Below, one piece after another: positions 36,810 to 48,647 of a stretch of DNA of 64,000 bases. Position 1 is the first letter of the stretch. Each line of letters begins with the position of its first letter. Location: NCBI GenBank assembly GCA_013115125.1, contig JABANN010000108.1, forward strand, positions 1 through 64,000, given 5' to 3'. Source of the DNA: Perkinsus olseni. Taxonomy: Eukaryota. The notes under the pieces were generated by a model that did not search any database, was not told where the DNA came from, and saw nothing but the letters and a program-made list of their open reading frames with translations. A program made the translations under genes and the position numbers.

Positions 36810-38007
36810 TTAGTAGCCGAAAGTGGTGTACACAAAACTGCCAAAGCCGATGGAATCTAAGGTCGAAGCACGCAGTCGGCAGAATAGTGGCGACGACGTG
36901 ATGATACTCACCTTCTGAAACTCCTCGGCCTGGCAGAGAAGCTGTCTTGGGCCGAGGCCGACCGAAGCCACATCTAAATGGAATGGAGAATTGCATCGAC
37001 CAGGGATCGAACCCGGGACCTACTTCCGTGCATTCTGTCCGATGCGACCGTGCTCTGCATACGCTCCAGGACCCGGGCCAGTGTCGTCGCCTCGCCTGTG
37101 AGATACAGTCGAAGCATACCCGCTTTGAAAGGCCTCACCGAAGGCGAGAACGGTAAGAGGTTCCGAAGGTCCATCGAGGGCCGCTCCCTTGAGGGGAAGG
37201 ACCGGTCAATCGGTAGTGGCCAGGGCCAGGCATTGACGCCGCGTCCGACGCTGAAAAAATACTCCACAGAGACTCGAACCAGGGACGTCTCTAGACTAAC
37301 ACGACGTCTTAACCACTAGACGATGTGGATGCACATAGTCCTGGCCCGATACTACTCTCCCCGGCAGGCCCATGCCTGGACTTCATGCTGAACATCTTCC
37401 CTGTCTTCCCCAAGGAGGACGGTGGATTGTAATGCCCCGGCCCCGGCTCGGAATACCTCCGCGTCGCTCCGCCACAGCTCGACCTGACCATGGCCATAAA
37501 CAGCCGCCACAGCTAGACACCCACCTTCCACTTCCAAAGCCGACTTTGGCACTACTGCCCACCTCCCGGGGATTGTACGACCCCGGCCCTGGACCATCAT
37601 CAGACCGTGTCCGGGTATCCTGGCGGGAATATTCGACCGGAAGTTGCTCCCCCTCCTCCCCTTACCCCATCTCGCCTGCCTGTACCGAAGCGGAAGGAGG
37701 CCCCTCTGCCCAGGTCATTGAGCCGTGTTGTTCTATACTGCCCTACAACGCAGGCACAGATGATTAATAAGAGCCCTCATCGACCTACCTGGGCCGGGGA
37801 TCATGTTCCCTCTAGAGACCGACTCGCCGCTCCTCCGACCACCGATGGTCCACTTGGGGGAGGTACGGATCTACGGAGGGGTGTCAGGTGAGGGGGCCGG
37901 GCCAATGCTGCTACCTGGGACATTCTGGTCAGCTGTGTGACCTGCCCGAGCCCCGACTGTCGGAGGGAGGGAGAGGCGCTGTTCGGCCGGTCGGCGTACA
38001 TTGACAT
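36810..38007 (-). CDS. SHIPPO/ODF3-like PGP-repeat (flagellar) protein
   Basis: Repeated 'PGPGSYNP', 'PGPGHYNP', 'PGPGHYRL' and 'PGPGAY' across exons. Confidence 0.75.
37262..37329 (-). pseudogene. tRNA-like element filling an intron (acceptor stem, D arm, A and B boxes; anticodon and T stems broken)
   Basis: TCCACATCGTCTAGTGGTTAAGAC...CCTGGTTCGAGTCTCTGTGGAG followed by T6. Confidence 0.55.
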
Positions 38008-38142
38008 GAAACAGTAAGGCTTACAAGAACTAGAAAGAATAGAACCCGGGTCGTCAGATAGCGCGACCACAACTCTAACCGTTGTACCATTCCAACTCAA
38101 CCCTACTCCACTAAAGTCTCCTGAAACAAAAAGTATTGCAAC

Positions 38143-38875
38143 TCATTCTCCTTTCTCCTTCAACTGCTGCTTCACGGCCTCCAACGCCTACAAACATTCC
38201 CATCAGCATCAGCAGCCCTCCCCCAAGCACCCGAACCTGTTGGCCGTTCTTCAGCGTGTTGAACGCCTCATCGGGCAATTTAACGTCGAAAGCCTCTTCG
38301 ATCTGCAGCAAGCATTCCACCTCCTCCAACTCATCAAAGCCGAGGGACTCAAAACTGAGCGTCAACTAACAGCGAGGGCATCATCATCATCATCATCACG
38401 CAGGACAACACCACAACCTACCAACTCTTCCGGAGTTTTCGACCCGAACGTGGCGATATTTTCATCCAACTTTTTCAGGGCCTCTTCGGCAACGCCTTTG
38501 GCCGCCTCTCCTCCCTTCTCAGCCTGCTGCTCCACAGCAACCTACACAGACCAGGAATGTGCGCTCAATTTAACAATAATCGATCATTCGGGCGAGCGCG
38601 TTATGCCCTCTACTACCTCCTCTCGCCTCATTTGTAGATACCCCTTGATGGCCGCTGCTGTCCGCGTAGCTAATTCCGCAGGATTTTGCCTAACGTTCAC
38701 CATCAGCGTTCCGTAACTCACCCGCTTCAACCTAAGATTCCCCTCACCCTTCCGATGAAAATAGCGCACGCCCCGGAGTTGATCCAATGCGCCATGATGA
38801 CATCCTTCCGGCCATTCCACCGAGGACCGATGCAGCGGCGCGTGAAATAACAAGTTGGCTTCGGACGGGGAGCAT
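38143..38875 (-). CDS. Mitochondrial acyl carrier protein-like, lacking the phosphopantetheine serine
   Basis: Arg/Ser-rich presequence 'MLPVRSQLVISRAAAS..RALFSS'. 'SFESLGFDELEEVECLLQIEEAFDVKLPDEAFNTLK' aligns with ACP 'DLGLDSLDxVExxxxxEEEFxxxIPD'. Confidence 0.75.
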
Positions 38876-39058
38876 GGAGAGAAGCGGAAAGGCAACTGTC
38901 AGCGTAAACGGCACCAGAGTGACTAAGAATAAACACAACAAGGGCTATCCTAACGATGATAATGATTACTAGTACCACACTTCGGGTTCTACGCGACTAC
39001 GGAGGGAACAATGTACAGAATTATTACTTCGACTAAATTACGACAGACGGGTGGCCGC

Positions 39059-40167
39059 TCAATAATCCCATCCTTCCTCTCGAGCGTACATATCGACCAT
39101 CGGAGGCTCGCTATTCCAATCGATCTGTCTAGAGTAGGTGTTATCAATAGCATCATCAGCGCTGCTGTGCTCCTCCACCTGCCCCTCGTCCCTGGCCACA
39201 TCCCGACAGTTGTTATACCAAGAAAAGTACAACTTCCGATCAACTGTACTCTTCCCGTCCGCCCTTAAGCTCATCTCCAACTCCTGCAACTTCTCGAAGA
39301 ATCCACAGTTGGGCCGGATGTTGCGACAGTGCCTCACATGCGTGAGGGCGTGGTACAAGGACTGGCCTCTCCGCTTGACCAGATACGAAAGCAAGGTGGA
39401 CGCAGACCGGGACACTCCGCTGCGGCAATGAATCAAAACACAACCCGAGGAGGAGGCAAGCGAGGAGGGGGAAGAAGACGGTGACGTATCTAAGGTCGAA
39501 CCCTGCACTGGACAGAAAACACCGCTTGCCCGCCTCCTACCCTGCTCCATGTAAGGCCGCAATGTCTTGTCAATGTGCTCATGCGCCTCGTCCCAAAACC
39601 AATCTATGGGCTCACAGGACATATCTTCGACATCAACCCTGACAGGACAACAACCAATACCACCAGAACGAACTGCTTCGTTCCGACGGCGGTACGGACT
39701 CCGAGCGTGACGATGATAGATTCGCCTCAGCCCGACCTACCGGTAATAATCAACCCCATCTGCTGTGAAGAAGATATCTTCCGGATACTCGGTTATGGTA
39801 CAACAACAAACAACACTTGTAATATTATACTTACGAAGCAGCTCTCTGTTACGCGCCACAATGTGACCACCCAAAAAGATACGCGGGAAAATCTGATACA
39901 AAAACTGACAAAACGCACCCCAACCACCAGCACTGCCCACCTCATGAGCCGTCTCTTGAGGGTCCAATGGCGGCCGAATGCGCAGCCGAGCCAACGAATC
40001 TGCCATCCACCACTGCCACTCAAATCACGTCAACAATGCCCATCACTACGTCGCTCAGCCCTCCGCCGTTTCCGCCTGTTGCCGCTCTCCTTCAGATCAG
40101 CCCTCGGGGTATCCAACTCCGTCGTGTGGACCATCGACGATGAGGCAACTTCCATCGTGGCCAACAT
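39059..40167 (-). CDS. Dual-specificity protein phosphatase
   Basis: 'QIFPRIFLGG..LLRKYNITSVVCC', active site 'VLIHCRSGVSRSAS', 'IRPNCGFFEKLQELE'. Confidence 0.9.
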
Positions 40168-40273
40168 CTGAGGGGAGCGAGTCGTGAATCATGAAAGGGC
40201 AGTTGCCGTTGATCAATGAACAGTTTACATCATCCCCATCACTCGGGACGTGGATAAATAATCACCAGTAGGT

Positions 40274-41629
40274 TTATCTGAGCAACTTGTGAGTCACCGC
40301 CTTCGACCTCCTCTCCACAAGATACTTCCCGCGACCCTCCCCCCTGTGGCCCCCTATTACGTTGCTGCGTCGAAGGCGATGGTCCTCAGCACTGGACGAT
40401 TCCGCCGAGGATGTCGACATGTCAGGCGAGGGGCTACTGCTGCTGATGTTTGCCGAGTCCAAACCGCCATCATCGTCGTCACTTTCTTCGAGTAAATTAA
40501 GCCGCTCCAAGATGGTGCGATGGGAATATATCCGACCTGATACATAGAACCCCGGATCGATCCCGGCACCCGGCACTTTTCCCAACCACCAAAGTCACTA
40601 CCCTTTTCCTTCTTTTTCCTATGCTGATTCATCGTACTCATCTGCAGCCTCGCCAACGCATCAATTCCCGACGGCTGAGAACACAACCAACTAGCCACCA
40701 CCTCCTGACGGAATAGCAAGAGCGCAAGATACTACCTGTGAGGCCCCTAGCTGAGCTACACCTCCGACCACCGTTTGCATTGCGTCTGGCGGAAGGTTAA
40801 CTGACAGAACGACGAGTCTTCGTCCCATGAAGCCTCGTCCCCTCACCTTCATCTTCGGCATCACTGCCGTCCTCGTCGCTCTCTTCGACCAAATTAAACC
40901 TTTCCAGTATCGATCGGCCCCGCATGAGGGCTCCTATGATGGACCATACGATCACATAACCCCTGCACAGCACTACCCCTCCTTCCCGCTGCCGCTTGTT
41001 GACGCATCAGAGTGGCCTCCAACGGCGCCATGTAGTCTAACGAGCTCGGTTGGGGCTGCAAACAGAACAAAAGATTCCCTCGAGGCCAACCACCTCCAAC
41101 TCACCTGGGTCGGGGAGCTCTCAGCTGACGCATCGCCAATGAATGGCTTAAATGCGACCAATGGGACCGCGGGGGCCACCGTGGATGGTGGGATGGACGA
41201 CGACGAGGAGGACAGACCTGACGAAAGTTTCTCTGGTGGTCGGATGGCATAGGGACGCTCACCGTCCACCATCATCTGGTAGGGGGAGTCCCCCGAGGCC
41301 AGCGCTACCGGAGGCTCGCTGTGGATGCTCTGAAGAGGAGCGTCGTAGTAGAACGGAGCGGTTAGGCGTACCTCATTCTCCGATGGTAAGATACAACCCT
41401 TGGCTGGAGTGGTTACAGAGGTGGTCGCAGGTTCGATCCCCGGCGTCGGCATCATCTCAGCAGCTAGCACTTCTGCTGGACAGGAGGAGAGCATAACCCC
41501 ACTGCCACTGCGGCTCCTCCTTTTGCCCCTCCCTCGGCCGGCGAAGTATTCATCCGCAGTCTGTGCCACTCGATTGGGGGAGGTGTCATCGACCGCAACT
41601 TCGCCATGGCAGGAATCAACAGATTCCAT
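40274..41629 (-). CDS. Hypothetical low-complexity protein with a duplicated motif
   Basis: Exons join in phase (e.g. GAA G|gtgagg..cag|TT AAC). The motif R[ST]ILER[LF]NL[LV]EESD occurs twice. Confidence 0.5.
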
Positions 41630-42746
41630 TCGACTGAAGAGAACAACAGAGACGATGGTGGTGACACGCCCCGGGCCCGAACTGACTGAGGGACTACAGC
41701 AAGCTGGAGATTATGAGAACGATCCGAGGCAGTCTAATGAGGTCCTCTCCACCACTGATGGCCACTGTGATGGTTGGTAAGATGACATCAGATGATGCAA
41801 TACAGGAGTACTCAATCTACCTCAAAAAATAGAAAGAAATCCGATTTACGAAATATAGTTTACATTTACCAATCATCGTACTAACCACTTCCGCTGCTGC
41901 CATTCCGCAGCCGTAACGCTCAACGCCGGCATAGATTTCACGACAGGCGGAGGGATGGGGCACTAGAGGTTTCACTCCGGGTGTTGTTGAAGACACACGC
42001 AGATGGTTATCTACGGTGGTGATCTCTAATACCCACCACCCTCCATAAAGATTATAATGGCGATTCTGCTGATACCCAATAAAGATGCTCACAATGGACG
42101 ATAAATTGATACGTGGCCCTTCATCAATCAGGTTTAGTGAAGCGATGCGTCAGTAATAGATGATGGTAGCCCTGACGACGAATGATGATCACAATCGGAT
42201 CATCATTGTGAAGATCCGATCGTCATGATAGTCAGGACCTATATAATGATGATCTTGGAGCATTGATAACGACGAATGATAGCACGTCATGTGCGGTCAT
42301 CGTGCGCCATCGGATCTGTATAGATCCGATAATACACGACAAATTTAAAGTCATCCGCTAAAAAATATTTCCGGCAATTTTTTTGTAAATATAATCACGA
42401 GTATTTCCCACGGCGTCGTCGAGTTGACGATGACACCACCCACCTCCAAGCCTGCCCTCTCCCTTCGCTAGTCCGGAGTGTTTGATACCGTAAATCCCCC
42501 TCATCGTAGGATGATAGCAGATGGTGATTATCAAACTCCCCCACAGCAGCGGCTCCCCCTTCGGCCACGTCACGGTCGATCTCTGCACCACGAGACAGCG
42601 GAAGGTTGCGATGGTAGTAATAACTGCTGCCATTACTCTACAATTTAACCAACACAACAGCAAGACGGTGATGGCAAGTGGTAGTAGCAACTCTAGAAGC
42701 TGTTATGATGATGATGACGGTGGTGGTCGAGTCCGCGGACGGTCAT

Positions 42747-42975
42747 TTACTTCTGGTTAGAGTTGGGACCCCTCTTAGGGCCACCAGTCACCTTGGCGGA
42801 GAAGCGACGGTTGTACTGCATACGCTTGCGAGCGCGACCTGACAGCGATGGTGATACAATTAACGGATGTTATGGTATTACCAGTGATGGCCTTCTTCTT
42901 CTCCTGCTTGGGGACCTTGGGGGTCTGATTCTTAACCTTACCGGCACGAGCTAACGATCCGTGAACTTTTCCCAT
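42747..42975 (-). CDS. RPS30: 40S ribosomal protein S30 (eS30), one intron
   Basis: [44 protein letters not shown]...GPNSNQK*. Confidence 0.97.
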
Positions 42976-43402
42976 GGGGTAACAACAAAGGAGCCAGCAA
43001 CTACCTAGGGTCAACCTAAGATACCATCCCTCGACCAAATCCTGTACGTGGATCCACGCCATCACGCTTCGACGGTTCGATAATATTCAACAGCGACAAC
43101 TCATAGCCTTACTAGATCACTACTGATGGGACTCAAAAACGCATCACGGACGAGTGGACCACCACCCGACCGGTAGAAGGACCTTTCCGCCGCCGGAGCA
43201 CCTCGCTAAGGATAAATCGATCACAATGGCGAGCGAGATTTACGCCAACTCCGACATGATTAGCAGCCGACCATGCGGTGGAGCCATGAAGACGAAGCGA
43301 CGCAAAACTAGCGGGTTGGGGCAGTGGGAAAGGAATTTGCGGGGCTACGTGTTTGGATCGTAACCTATTGCGTATCTTCCCATAGTCGACCTTGGATATT
43401 CT

Positions 43403-46400
43403 ATGATTCGTCGGTCATCATTATTCCTTCTTGTGTTGCTGCTCGGCTTGCTCTTCTGTGCCGATGCTGAGGAAGAGGAGTACTCATACCGTCGACGTAA
43501 CCGTAGTATCTTTCAACCTCATCATTGCCGCGCTTAACCTAAAGATACTTTCAGGCGGTAAACGAGCTCGGCGCATGGAGCTTATGCGTCACAGCTTCGT
43601 CAGCCCACTTACATACTCCAACACTCTTGGTAATACCTATTCTGTGAAATGCCAGCATGATGAAAAGATACGTCAGGTGATTGGTTCATGAATGGCGCCA
43701 CAGTAGCCACCGATGATCATGTTATTCTTACCCCGAGCATAGCCCAAAGATACGGCATATTTATGCATACCATGCCGATCGATACCAATGATTTTGAAAT
43801 CCTTTTTGATGTCTCGGTAAGAGGGCATCTTAGGTTGACCCGTGCAAGATACACAATAGGTTGGATTGGAGGCATAATCCACATCTCAGGTATCCGATGG
43901 TCCTTCGGGTAGTCGTGACTCTGGCTTTGCTTTGTGGTAATAAGTCATCACGGAGGGTCTCTCTGATGGCATATGAGTATCTTAGGTTCACCACGATGAA
44001 TTACACAGCCGAGTTCTCGAAGGTGCGGGATGAGCTGCAGAAGGGGGATAATAAGAAGGACTGGAAGAATGCTTTCAAGGCTCTCGATTATTCATTACTC
44101 GGACAAAAGGTAGGTTGAACCTAGGAAGATACGAATGGGGTTCGAGTGAGGTATCTTGTCGGCAACAAGCGTCGGCGAATCTTCATCTCTCATAGTCCCC
44201 TCGCTTCAACATAAGATACGTTGTCGTTTCTCAGTCCCGTTTCGATGGTTTTGGCGTCGTCTTCACCCCCAAAGGGGCATCCGGAGATGAACACACTGGT
44301 AGGTGATGATGATCGAAGCGTCTTGGTATGTTGTTACTTGACCGAGTTGAGCTCCGGTGTTGGACTTAGTACTCACGCACTATTCCTGTCTCGTCAATTA
44401 CTCGGCCAGTAGTGTCTCAAACGAATGGATCATTTTCCTGTATATGGAATTCATAGTGAAGGCCAGCGGTGGCTGGCAGTACTAGCCGTTCTCACCCTAG
44501 CGTATGTAGCCCTTTTTGTCTGTATTGAGCACGATCGGACAGCGGTGGACTACTCCACGGTCCATCACGAACCATCCCTCCTAAAGATGCTGTCGCCTTG
44601 ATTCGCTTTTTTTGCGCAATGAATACTAAACGGCGATCTGTGACGGGTTTTCGGGGAAGCATCGGACGTGCTGTTGTGGTTGGGAGGAAAAATGACCCGA
44701 AATGGCTATTTTACGTTCCTGTTTTTAGTAATCCGGATGTCGATAGATTGAAACTCGGTGTTGTGGTATGCTGATGGTTGGTGGTCATCTCTTCAGTTTC
44801 GATCATCACCAATCGGAATGATAGGGCCTTGTCATTCGATATGGACGTGCCTGATAGAGAGTCTTCAGCGAGGGTCAACTTGCACGGCATGGGTGTTCCT
44901 TTTCGGGTAGTATCTTGGCTCGATGCATGCAAGATTCAAAACTGGTCACCTTTAGATTGGTATTCGTGTTCGTCCTGATCTCATTATGGTCCGATATCGT
45001 GATGCGAATAGACGTTGGCAGGAGCTCACCGCCAAGAGGGGTGTCACCGTGCCGTAAGATTACTATCGCCATAGATAGTCCATACCACTCCTCCCCCAAA
45101 TCATACCCAGGTCCAGCGGCTACATCGGGTTCACATCGTGGAGCGGCGACTCTCTGCCTACCGAGAAGGTGTCCGTCGTCGACATGCACGTGTAAGTCAT
45201 TCGACAGTCCCCTCCACTCAGCAGCCCTGACCTCGTCGGGATAAGATTCCCTTCATCGTTAATGCGTAAAATATCGGTCATGGAGATGGTCATGCGCAAG
45301 CTCGAGCGGGCAGCGTCAGGAATGTCTTTGCCATATGAAAATTATACATTTTTAATTTCATTTGAATAGTTCAGTAAATTATCTATGGCAGAATATTTTA
45401 TTTTTGATCATCTTTTATCGCTGTATTCCTCGTTGTTATCTGTGATACTATCACATTATCTCAGCTACAACATGGACATGAGGCGGCCTGGGGAGACTCT
45501 GATGCAGGAAGTCGTCGACGAGCTCTCCGATGGTGGGAAGATTGATTGGAAAGAAGTATCGCCGGGACCAGGGGGTGTATGCTCAGCTCCATCGCATTTG
45601 GTACCTTGCCTTACTGGTAGTATTATAGCAAGGCCCGAGGGCGGTCGAGTGAATGGTCCTAGACTTGTGTATCATTTATTGCACTCTGGTCGATTGGTCT
45701 CACTTTTGTCGGTGTGGTTGGACCCTTCATGTCTCTACTAAGATGGAGACTGGAAATGCGATATGAAGCTCCGTTAATTCTGAGCTCAGAATAAAAAATA
45801 AACTTAACCTCAGTGGAACTAACAACGTGACAGAATCATCATCTGTTATGTTCTTGTATCCTTATTGTAGCGTTTACTCTATTCAGTTGCTGACGTCTGA
45901 TATCGGGGAGGACACCTTTCAGCAGACACTAACCCTCCAGAAGATCACGGATATGCTGGTCAACTACATTCAAACCACCCAACCGGAGATGGCCAAGATG
46001 CACTCCCAACTGGGTAGGGAGGGAGCTTCGTAGCAGACTATGTCTAGCCTACGTCAGTGGCCGCCACTGGACAGATTTTCCCGCGCGCCAGGAAATTATG
46101 GAATTTTTTGACGGCGGCGTTGTTGTTCAGGTAAGATAACTCATCATATCGTGGATTTGGAGTCTCGAATGAAGCAATTGAGGAAGGAGATCAAAGCAAC
46201 CAGTGAAGGTATCTTTACGCACAGCGAGGGTTTTTTCCTCCGTTTAGATGGGAATCTTTCAGGTTCGGGTGGATTATCAACTCTGAAGAACCAAATGGTG
46301 GGCTTGAGAGAAATGCTGACGAGGGAGTCGGGCGATCATAAGGTGAGTTTTGTCAGCCGTCTGTGAAAAAAGCGCGCGCCCGAAAAAGAAATTTGCCGAG

Positions 46401-46767
46401 GTTCGGTCGGATTGTCGGTGGAGTTGTGATGATTTCAGGATCGCGTGGAGAAGGTCAGGGAACAGCTGACTATTGCTGATGGGAGTGAAGGACGGTAATA
46501 TATAGCGGAGCGAAGCGTTTCATGTTGCGCAATTTTGTGATTATTCCTCAGCTCGATGATAGGCGACGATTTGGAAGACTCCATCAGCAGCTCACATAGT
46601 TTGGCGAACAAGCTTTTTATGCTCTGTAAGATTGGCGACGAATCTTGCAATCTTATGAAATCTTGCGTTTTCTCAACATTTCCTCGACAGGTATCATAGT
46701 GGTTGTGGTCGGCGGTTTATACGTTTGGCGGCAACTTCAAGTTGTGGAGAAAAAGCATCTTTTCTGA
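43403..46767 (+). CDS. ERGIC-53/LMAN1-like L-type lectin (signal peptide, lectin domain, coiled coil, TM, KKxx-type tail)
   Basis: Signal 'MIRRSSLFLLVLLLGLLFCA', then 'HSFVSPL', 'HVILTPSIAQRYG..PIDTNDFEILF', 'FDGFGVVF', 'GYIGFTSWSG', a coiled coil and C-terminal 'IIVVVVGGLYVWRQLQVVEKKHLF*'. Confidence 0.7.
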
Positions 46768-47016
46768 TCTCGGCAACGGGGATGAGGAGTATCTTTTTTA
46801 GACGAGGTCAAAAACAGAGGCGGAGCGAAGCGTAATTTTTTGCTGCCGTGGCTGAACGAATTTTGTGCCGCGTGACGGCAGTAGCCACTGTACTTACATT
46901 GGTCTTTGCGTTTCGTAACACTCAGCTCGTGGTGTTGGACTGGAGGGAGCGTATCTTTGATTCTTCCGGCTGCGCTCGGAGGAGTAGCTTTTGAAGATTT
47001 GTATTCCCTATCTGAG

Positions 47017-48415
47017 ATGGCATCGCTTTCTACCCTAACCCCTCGTCACCTTTCCTGCCACGCTCCGTCGGTCACTCGGACCTCGGACGACCCGTCGGCT
47101 GCCTCGGGCCAATCGGCCGGGACCTCTCCTAAGATGACAGTGAGAGACGGCTGGCCTGCGGTGGGACTGGGAAAATCTTCGCTGTGCGCAACGGAAGATA
47201 CTGGAAGTCGATTTAATGAGGAATCTTTGGCGTTGTTGGAGGATGAGGACGAAGATTTGGTTATCGGCGGAGCGAAGCAGAGAATTGACGCGAAGGTCAT
47301 CTGCATGGAGGAGGGCGTTGCGGAAAAAATTGAAGTTGTCGGTTGCAGTGTTGTGAGTGTCAAAGTTCGAGACTTCTGTATCAGCAGAAACGAGATGGTA
47401 GTAATAATTACGACGGAGCGAAGCGAGTTTTATATTTGGTTTTTGTGTTTTCTCATCAGGTTGATTACGTACTGGAGCTCACTCTCAATGGTATCTACCA
47501 TCGCGCGCCCAATGATTCCTTCGTCCGAATCCACACTCCGCCGTCTCCTTGCTTCACCGGTCTACCGCTCACCCCCTCCGCAGTAGCAGCCCTGCGTGCA
47601 ACCGCTTCTGCGGAGGCAGGGGTTGCTGTTGAAGATGCACAGGAATCTTCGGGGAACGGTTTCTCGCCGACGGTCGGCCCCACTGCTGCCCCTCTTCGGT
47701 ATCAAGTCCTGCTGGAGGGGCCTCCTGACCCATCGGCCGAATTCGAGGTTATAAAAACTGATCTTGCATCGCTCCGCTAAGGAATCTTGTCAGGTACTGA
47801 AGTTCACTACATCCTCCGTGGTACGTCTCGATGTTGATCGGTATCATGATGTCTCGCCCGAGGACTACCATCGGCTCACCTTCGAGGAGCCTCGGTTAGT
47901 ATTCGAGGCCCTCGCTCACGAGCTCTTCCCGCAAGTCAACAGCAGCTCTCCTACTAACTACCACCACTGAGCGTCTTCTCGTCCCCATCGACCTTCCCGA
48001 GTCATCACAATTTTACCGCCCCGCGGTGGCCACTGTTGCCGCGTGAGGAGGAGGAGGGGGTCGAGGACTTGAAAAAGTCGCTTTTCCTGCTGACGAGCTG
48101 CTGGTGTAATAGTTGCGTCGATATGTACCATTACTTCCCCAACTCTCGTCCGCTCGTCCAACGTCGAGGAGGCGGTCATCTCGCCCCTGCTGCTGCTGTT
48201 GTCTGGTGGGCATGTATATTTCGTGGCGCGCGGTCGGGATGCGAGGTATCTTGGTAACAGTTTGACGGTTGGAATTATCGACTAATATTTAATTGTATTT
48301 TTTATGATGGTTACTCGAATCTGCTGAAGTAGTTGAGGAATGCCAAGAAGGAGCAAGATTGCAAGTATTTCCAGACTTCCGCTATGATGATGATCATCAG
48401 CCCCCCCCGTTTTGA
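47017..48415 (+). CDS. Hypothetical multi-exon protein
   Basis: Open exons bounded by GT-AG introns. No domain recognised. Confidence 0.45.
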
Positions 48416-48647
48416 TGGTACAACCGTGCGCTCTATGAGAACGTGGATGCGCCCGCAGTGTGCTGCCGAAACACCGTAGTGAGAGCCGTGTCGCTCACAG
48501 CAATATTTAAAAACTGTATCATAATCTTAGCGGAGCGAAGCAGGAGGACGAAAGATTCTCTTGGAATCTTCGTCTCCCATTCTCGTATGTGAGGAATCGT
48601 TGACGGCCTCAAGTGGCCGACATTTTGGGATGATTGTCATCCTCTCC

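Noticed and set aside
40827-41252. Plus-strand 141-aa ORF with a signal-peptide-like start
   Set aside because: It is antisense to a spliced minus-strand gene within a minus-strand block, and the hydrophobic start is the mirror of acidic codons.
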